Both the position numbers and the translations under genes were made by a program. A model generated the notes under the pieces. It saw only the letters and a list, made by a program, of their open reading frames with translations. It had not been told where the DNA came from and ran no database searches. DNA of 63,761 nt, filler included. It is 4 parts of 4 records of this genome, joined end to end, with 100 filler letters (N's around TTAATTAATTAA, not from the genome) between each part and the next. Parts side by side here need not be neighbours in the genome. Positions count along the whole stretch, not along the records: positions 50,772 to 63,761 come from SRR20825006_1735; 3 more parts are not named here. One strand, given 5' to 3'. Below are positions 57,720 through 63,761 of the stretch, piece after piece (the first letter of the stretch is position 1; every line of letters begins with the position of its first letter).

Positions 57720-60700
57720 TTAAGCCTTAAGCTTAAAATGGAAAGTACTTCCTATGCCAGGTTGAGAATCTACCCAAATTTTACCATCGTGCAGTTTTAC
57801 AATCTTGTCACAATGGGCTAAGCCTATTCCTGTACCTTCAATATTATCGTTTCTATGTATTTTATTGAAAATTTTAAATATGTTTTCTAGATCTATTTCT
57901 TCAATACCAATACCATTATCATTCACAGAAAAGATATAATGATCATTATCTTTAAAATATGATATTCTAATATCTGGAGTAACACCTTTTTTGCAATACT
58001 TTAAAGCATTAGAAAGCAAGTTTTGGAATAGTAACCTCAACTCTACCTCATACCCTTTAATAATTGGCAGTTTACCGATAGAAATTTTTGCTTTACAGTC
58101 ACTTATACTTTTAGCAAGATCCATAACAACAGTATCTAACACTTGTTTTAAATCTACATCTTGCTTTTCACTGTTTTGCCCTATTCTACTATGCTCAAGT
58201 AGGGCATTTATTTGATTTGCCAAACGTCCGGCAGCTTCATGAATATACCTGATGTATTCTTTACCTTTTGATTCGAGTTGGTGGCTAAAGTTTTTGTCCA
58301 GCATTTCACTTCCAAATCGAATAGTTGCTAGTGGTTCTTTTAAATCGTGTGAACAAATAGACACAAATTGCTCCAACTCATTGTTAGCCATCTCTAAATC
58401 TAATTGTCTCTTGGCTAACTTATCTGCTGTTTCTTTAAGAGCTGTAATATCTAAGAGTGTTCCCATAGTTATTGTTTCTCCGTGAATATTTTTTGTAAGC
58501 TTGGAGTTTAGTAACACGTGTATTTCTCTGCCATCCATAGAAACCAAGGTCATGTCTTCATTTTGAACCTCACCTGTGTTTTTTATTTCAGTAATTAAAT
58601 CGCTTGCCTTTATTTTAGATTGATCATTATAAAATTGAAAGATAGATTTGTTTAAAATCTCTTTTTTGTTTTTAAACCCTAAAGTTTTATAAAATATTTT
58701 ATTGCAATCCACAATGTTTCCGCTATCTGGACTTATGCTAGCATGCATTACAGGGTCATTTTCATAGAAATCTTTAAACTTAGATTGACTTCTTCTTAGT
58801 TCTTCTTGAGATTTATGAATACTCTCTATATCTATAAATGTGATTACTGCACCATTAGCTTCTCCAGCGGTTGTAATAAATGGAGATATGCGTTGTAAAA
58901 AGTGACGTTTGCCTTTGCTTATTATTTTCTTTTCAAATACTTTTCCTGTATTAATAACACGTTCTGCATTAGTTACAATATTGTTTGTGTTGTTCTCTCC
59001 AAAACTAACAACAAAATTATCTATATGCCTTCCTACATCTGCTTGGTATAAATCAAAATGTTCTTTAATAGCTGGCGTAAATTTTCGTATTCTTAACTTA
59101 GAGTCTAAGAAAATCACGCCTAAATTGGTACTTGTTAGTAAGTTATTAATATCCTCGTTTAGAGCACCTAATTCGTCAAGTTTTTGAATATGCTCTGCAT
59201 TTACGGTATGCAATTCTTCATTTACACTTTGTAGCTCTTCATTTGTACTTTGCAACTCTTCATTACTAGCCAATAACTCTTCATTAGTAGCTTGTAACTC
59301 CTCGTTACTCGTCTCTGTTTCCTCTATAGCTTTATTTAATTCATCTTGAACATGATCTATTTCTTCCTCGAGATCTTTTATTCGTAATGAGGCACTTTCA
59401 CTAATACTTGTGCGCTCAATAACAGTTTCATTAACACTCTCAATGTTTTGATCCATTAGTGATACCACAAACTCTGTTACTCTATTTGAGTTATCATCTG
59501 ATATTGGAAGTACTCTTAGATCTACAGCTGTTTGACCATCATCATTTACAAAAATGATTCGCTCTGAAATGACATGCTTATCCTTAAGGCGTTTAGATCG
59601 TTTTACACTAGTTGTTAGTGGTATTTTAAATTCTTCAGGAAGCATTTTAAGCAGGTTAGTTGTAAAACCTGAGTTAGGTAGATTTGCAAATTTCCTAAAG
59701 TTACCACGTGCTTCTAAGATGTTATAATCTTCATCTATATAAATACTCGTAGCATTAAACTGTTCTAAAATAGATGAGCTTAATAGTTCTTCTATTTTTC
59801 GTTGCTTCATATTAGAATTAGCAACGATATCTGGGTTTGTTCTTCTTTTGTTTCTAAACTTTCTGTCACTCGAAGAATGTAAAGTTTCTGTTCTTAAGCC
59901 TCTGGAAACTTTTAGGTTTTTGAAAATTTTCCACTTTCTACTAATAGTGTCAAAGTTATCGCCTTCATTACCTAAACTTTCGCTAGATCCTAAAACTAAA
60001 TAACCTTCTAGTTTTAAGCTAAAGTGCAATACTTTAAATACTTTTTGCTGTACATCATTCTGAAAATAAATTAATAGGTTTCTGCACATTACCATATCTA
60101 CCTTATTAAAAGGTGGATCTTTTAGAATGTTATGATTTGAAAATATTGCGGTGCGTCTTACAGATTCTGCTATTTTAAAGGTATCATCATCCTTTTTAAA
60201 ATATCTGGCTAGATATTCTGGATCTACATCTACCAAAGTGCTTTTGCTATATTCGCCTTTACTGGCAATATCTAAATGAAATTGAGAAATATCTGTTGCA
60301 AATATTTTAAGCTCTATGCGTTTTTTCTGTTTAGCAATTTCTTCTAAGAACAAAATTGCCAAAGAATAAGTTTCTTCTCCAGTACTACATGCTACATCCC
60401 AAATTTTGAGAATATCATTATCTTGTTTATCTGCTACTAATTTAGGTATCACATTATTTTCAAGAAGACGCCACATTTCTTCATCTCTGAAAAACTTTGT
60501 AACTCCAATTAAAAATTCTTTATAAATAATATCTACCTCATCTTTACTGTCCTTTAAATACTTGTAGTAATCTCTTAATGATCCTATTTGTAGCATTCTC
60601 ATTCGCCTAATAATACGGCGTAATAATGTTGGTCTTTTGTAAAGATTGAAGTCTAGCTCTGTCTTGCTTTTAAGTAAGTTTAATATATCTCTTAGTGCAG

Positions 60701-61322
60701 AGTCATCTATATTAGTGAAATCTTGTGTGATGCTTAAGATGTTACTACTGTCAAAATAGCTTATAATTTCATTACTCATATCCTCCACAGGCACTACAAA
60801 GTCTGGAAATCCAGTATTTATAGCACTTTGAGGCATACCATCAAATTTTGCTTGTTCTGGCTGTTGTACCAAGACTAAGCCACCTTCTTCTTTTATATAA
60901 CGAATTCCTCGAGAGCCATCACTTCCAGTACCACTTAATATTACACCTACAGCATTTTGCCTGTATTCTTTAGCTAAAGATTCAAAAAGTATATCAATAG
61001 GTAAGTTAAGCTGTTGCCCTTTTGGTTTGTCTAATAATTTAAGGTGTTTATTTTCAATTACAAGATTCTTAGATGGCGGAATTACATAAATATGATTTCG
61101 CTCTATCTCTGCATCATGCTTTATTTCTGTAATTGGTATTTTAGTCTTTTTAGCTAATAACTCTGCCATAAGACTTTTATGGTCGGGAGACAAATGTTGC
61201 ACTATTAAGTACGTATAGTCACTATCTTCTGGGACATTATAAAAAAAGCTGTTTAAAGCTTCTAAGCCACCTGCACTTGCACCTACAGCAACAAGTATAT
61301 GATTATCTGGAATATTATTCAA
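57720..61322 (-). CDS. CheB-CheR-PAS-histidine kinase fusion protein
   Basis: CheB (GASAGG, VQH, SGTGSDG), CheR ([23 protein letters not shown]), coiled coil, PAS domains, [15 protein letters not shown]. Confidence 0.93.
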   Translation of the reverse strand: MNNIPDNHILVAVGASAGGLEALNSFFYNVPEDSDYTYLIVQHLSPDHKSLMAELLAKKTKIPITEIKHDAEIERNHIYVIPPSKNLVIENKHLKLLDKPKGQQLNLPIDILFESLAKEYRQNAVGVILSGTGSDGSRGIRYIKEEGGLVLVQQPEQAKFDGMPQSAINTGFPDFVVPVEDMSNEIISYFDSSNILSITQDFTNIDDSALRDILNLLKSKTELDFNLYKRPTLLRRIIRRMRMLQIGSLRDYYKYLKDSKDEVDIIYKEFLIGVTKFFRDEEMWRLLENNVIPKLVADKQDNDILKIWDVACSTGEETYSLAILFLEEIAKQKKRIELKIFATDISQFHLDIASKGEYSKSTLVDVDPEYLARYFKKDDDTFKIAESVRRTAIFSNHNILKDPPFNKVDMVMCRNLLIYFQNDVQQKVFKVLHFSLKLEGYLVLGSSESLGNEGDNFDTISRKWKIFKNLKVSRGLRTETLHSSSDRKFRNKRRTNPDIVANSNMKQRKIEELLSSSILEQFNATSIYIDEDYNILEARGNFRKFANLPNSGFTTNLLKMLPEEFKIPLTTSVKRSKRLKDKHVISERIIFVNDDGQTAVDLRVLPISDDNSNRVTEFVVSLMDQNIESVNETVIERTSISESASLRIKDLEEEIDHVQDELNKAIEETETSNEELQATNEELLASNEELQSTNEELQSVNEELHTVNAEHIQKLDELGALNEDINNLLTSTNLGVIFLDSKLRIRKFTPAIKEHFDLYQADVGRHIDNFVVSFGENNTNNIVTNAERVINTGKVFEKKIISKGKRHFLQRISPFITTAGEANGAVITFIDIESIHKSQEELRRSQSKFKDFYENDPVMHASISPDSGNIVDCNKIFYKTLGFKNKKEILNKSIFQFYNDQSKIKASDLITEIKNTGEVQNEDMTLVSMDGREIHVLLNSKLTKNIHGETITMGTLLDITALKETADKLAKRQLDLEMANNELEQFVSICSHDLKEPLATIRFGSEMLDKNFSHQLESKGKEYIRYIHEAAGRLANQINALLEHSRIGQNSEKQDVDLKQVLDTVVMDLAKSISDCKAKISIGKLPIIKGYEVELRLLFQNLLSNALKYCKKGVTPDIRISYFKDNDHYIFSVNDNGIGIEEIDLENIFKIFNKIHRNDNIEGTGIGLAHCDKIVKLHDGKIWVDSQPGIGSTFHFKLKA

Positions 61323-61501
61323 TGGAAGACTTTGATTATCAGTTAAAATAAACTAAATTATAACAATTTGAAAATCAGCACATTAAAATAAATAATGTGA
61401 AATTTTTAACACTAATAAATTCAATTTACAATTTTTTTAACAAATGTAAATGATTAATTCATTTTTCGAGAAAAAACTGATTTAATATAACTGTAAAGAA
61501 T

Positions 61502-61533
61502 AAAAGGCATCAAGAATATCTTGATGCCTTTTT
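61502..61533 (-). terminator. Terminator after proA
   Basis: AAAAGGCATCAAGA-ATA-TCTTGATGCCTTTT perfect inverted repeat. Confidence 0.8.
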
Positions 61534-61553
61534 ATAGATAATTTTAAATGAGA

Positions 61554-62753
61554 TTAAACTCTTACTTGTCCATCCCCAAACACATAGTATTTATTGGTTA
61601 CCAATTGTTTAAGACCTAATGGTCCTCTGTGGTGCAACTTGTCTGTACTTATTGCGAGCTCTGCTCCTACACCCATTTGGCCGCCATCTGTAAATCTGGT
61701 TGACGCGTTATGGTATACTGCAGCGGTATCAATATTTTCCATAAAGTGCGTAGCAACGGCTTTATCTTCAGTTAGTATTGCACTTGAGTGTCCACCACTA
61801 TAGGTATTTATTTTTGAAATTGCATCTTCAATTCCATCTGCTTCTCCTATAGCAATTTTCATAGCTAAAAACTCTTCAAACCACACCTCATCTTTAGAGA
61901 TTAAATCGCGCTCAGATAAGATAGTGTTTACATTTTTATCTACAATTATCTCAACACCTAAGCTAGATAATGTTTTATCTAAATCTTTTAATTTAGACTC
62001 GTAGTCTTCAATATTCTTATCTACTAAAACTTTATCTAAAGCATTACATCCTGAAATTTTATCTGTCTTAGCATTAATAATAACTTCCAGAGTTTTTTTC
62101 CAGTCTGCATCTTTATCTACATATAAGAAGTTGTTACCTCTACCACTTACCAATACAGCACATTTAGCATGTTCTTTTACAAATGCAATAAGGCGTTCAC
62201 CACCTCGTGGTACTATAAGGTCTAATGGTTCTGTTGGATTTTTCAAGAACTCCTGAGTTTCTGTGCGGTTCATTACCAACATTTTAATCCAATCTTTTGG
62301 TAATTTGTTTTCTTGTAATGCTTGGTGCCAGCACTCAACCAAGACAACATTACTTTCATGTGCTTCTTTACCACCTTTAAGTAATATCTTATTATTGGCT
62401 TTAAATGCAAGTACTGCAGCCTCTATAGTTACATCTGGCCTAGATTCATAAATAATCATAATGGTACCAAATGGTGCTGTTTTATTTACAATGTTTAAAC
62501 CATTGTCTAACGTTGTATTAGAGATTTCATTACTCACAGGATCGTCTTGAGACTTTACTTCGGCTATTGCCTGTATCATCCCATCAATCTTTTTGTCATT
62601 AACAACTAACCTGTCATATAAGGCTTGATCGTCTTTATTAAAAGCATCAAGGTCTTTCTTATTTGCAGTTAGTATATCCTCGCGTCTTTCATCTAAGATT
62701 CTCATCATAGATCCTAAAACGTTATTCTTTAATTCTGTGTTTATCAATTTCAT
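61554..62753 (-). CDS. proA: Gamma-glutamyl phosphate reductase
   Basis: IYESRPDVT, LKGGKEA, PRGG, CNAL, NASTRFTDG, HHRGPLGL. Confidence 0.97.
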   Translation of the reverse strand: MKLINTELKNNVLGSMMRILDERREDILTANKKDLDAFNKDDQALYDRLVVNDKKIDGMIQAIAEVKSQDDPVSNEISNTTLDNGLNIVNKTAPFGTIMIIYESRPDVTIEAAVLAFKANNKILLKGGKEAHESNVVLVECWHQALQENKLPKDWIKMLVMNRTETQEFLKNPTEPLDLIVPRGGERLIAFVKEHAKCAVLVSGRGNNFLYVDKDADWKKTLEVIINAKTDKISGCNALDKVLVDKNIEDYESKLKDLDKTLSSLGVEIIVDKNVNTILSERDLISKDEVWFEEFLAMKIAIGEADGIEDAISKINTYSGGHSSAILTEDKAVATHFMENIDTAAVYHNASTRFTDGGQMGVGAELAISTDKLHHRGPLGLKQLVTNKYYVFGDGQVRV

Positions 62754-62783
62754 AGTCGTTCTTTCTAATTAAATTTTCCTTGT

Positions 62784-63575
62784 TTATGCGTAAAACTTGG
62801 TTCCGATATCTTTTCCTTCCAACAGCTCTACTATTACATTTTTACGCTTTCCGTTTGCTATAAATGTTGGAATGTTTTTCTTAGCAGTAGCCTTAGCAAT
62901 CTTAAGCTTAGACTTCATTCCGCCACGTCCTTCGCCTTCAGATTTTTCTGAAGCTTGCACATATTGTTCTACATTTTCTTCCACATTTACTTTATCTAAC
63001 TTTTCAGAATCATCATCATCTGGATGACCTGTATAAAGTCCATCTGTATCTGTTAATAAGATTAAGGCATCTGCATTTGTAAGCTCTGCTACTAAACTTG
63101 CCAATTCATCATTATCACTAAACATTGACATTTTAAGTGATACTGCGTCATCTTCATTAGCTATAGGAACAATACCTTCATTAATTAATCCTTCGTAACA
63201 GTTTATCATATTTTCTCTATGCTTACCTGGTGCAAAATCTCGCTTGGTAGCTAATACTTGTGCACAGCGCATACCGTAATCATGAAATAAACTATAATAA
63301 TGGCGCATCATACGAGGTTGACCAACAGAAGAAAATATTTGTCTTCTTGTTGATGGGTCTGTTGCTTTACAATCTCCTAACACTTCCATTCCTGCAATGG
63401 CAGATCCAGATGACACTAATATTGGTGAAATATTATTCTCATATAATTCTGCTATTTGTCTTACGAGTTCGTTCAATACAGGACCTAATATGCGATTGTC
63501 TTTATTGGTCATCACGTTAGTTCCTACTTTTATAACTACTCTCTTATTGTCCATGGTGTTTTTTTGAGTTTTCAT
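62784..63575 (-). CDS. proB: Glutamate 5-kinase (no PUA domain)
   Basis: VIKVGT, VSSG, NEDD, DNDELA, GGMKSKL; start may be at 63554. Confidence 0.95.
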   Translation of the reverse strand: MKTQKNTMDNKRVVIKVGTNVMTNKDNRILGPVLNELVRQIAELYENNISPILVSSGSAIAGMEVLGDCKATDPSTRRQIFSSVGQPRMMRHYYSLFHDYGMRCAQVLATKRDFAPGKHRENMINCYEGLINEGIVPIANEDDAVSLKMSMFSDNDELASLVAELTNADALILLTDTDGLYTGHPDDDDSEKLDKVNVEENVEQYVQASEKSEGEGRGGMKSKLKIAKATAKKNIPTFIANGKRKNVIVELLEGKDIGTKFYA

Positions 63576-63577
63576 GT

Positions 63578-63760
63578 TTATTTTCCGAGTTCTGTTGCTC
63601 GATCGAATGCTGCATAAGCAGCTTCCTTAATTAATTCTTTTACGTTATTATCTTCCATTGAGTCTAAAGCTGCACGTGTTGTACCGCCTTTGGATGCTAC
63701 GCGTTCCATCCAAGAATTTGGAGAAAGATCTGATTCATTAAATAATTTTACAGCGCCTTC
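63578..63760 (-). CDS. proC: Pyrroline-5-carboxylate reductase, C-terminal fragment (runs off the window)
   Basis: Manual translation ...WMERVASKGGTTRAAL...AAFDRATELGK*. Confidence 0.9.
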   Translation of the reverse strand, partial: EGAVKLFNESDLSPNSWMERVASKGGTTRAALDSMEDNNVKELIKEAAYAAFDRATELGK

Positions 63761-63761
63761 A

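Noticed and set aside
62784-63575. proB lacking the PUA domain as a pseudogene
   Set aside because: Short PUA-less glutamate 5-kinases are a known normal form; the frame and catalytic motifs are intact

Overview
This window is not one locus. It is four unrelated contigs joined by identical 100-nt artificial linkers (N44-TTAATTAATTAA-N44) at 16822-16921, 28846-28945 and 50672-50771. Taxon calls below are inferred from base composition and gene content. Segment 1 (1-16821) is AT-rich and Flavobacteriaceae-like. It carries a SusC/SusD pair, relA/spoT-fur-purA, an M48 peptidase, a TrmH methyltransferase, and a TetR-ABC-HlyD-TolC export operon whose ATPase motifs are degenerate. Segment 2 (16922-28845) is GC-richer and alphaproteobacterial, probably Rhodospirillales/Thalassospira-like. 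It carries the 3' end of gltB, two tandem 74-aa proteins with a shared C-terminal motif, an orphan family-5 solute-binding protein with a hybrid kinase, a stand-alone FliF-C-terminus-like protein, a DksA/TraR protein and a Cache kinase/LuxR pair. Segment 3 (28946-50671) is Bacteroidota, Crocinitomicaceae/Fluviicola-like. It carries a collagen/S74 fibre protein, an Fe/B12-type ABC transporter, PspA, a DASS transporter, yaaA, an exported dikinase-like protein, efp, a ~220-nt structured ncRNA candidate with its own promoter, a GldL-like tandem membrane protein, a T9SS cargo and partial katG. Segment 4 (50772-63761) is Flavobacteriaceae-like. It carries a Crp-TauE-persulfide dioxygenase/rhodanese-YeeE/YedE sulfur cluster with two identically placed GTAAC-N4-GTTAC operators, a CheB-CheR-PAS-histidine kinase fusion and proC-proB-proA. 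No CRISPR array, rRNA, tRNA or transposase was seen. The best novelty candidates are the ncRNA at ~46341-46564, the FliF-C mimic at 23410-23724 and the exported His-domain/ATP-grasp dikinase at 39408-41306.
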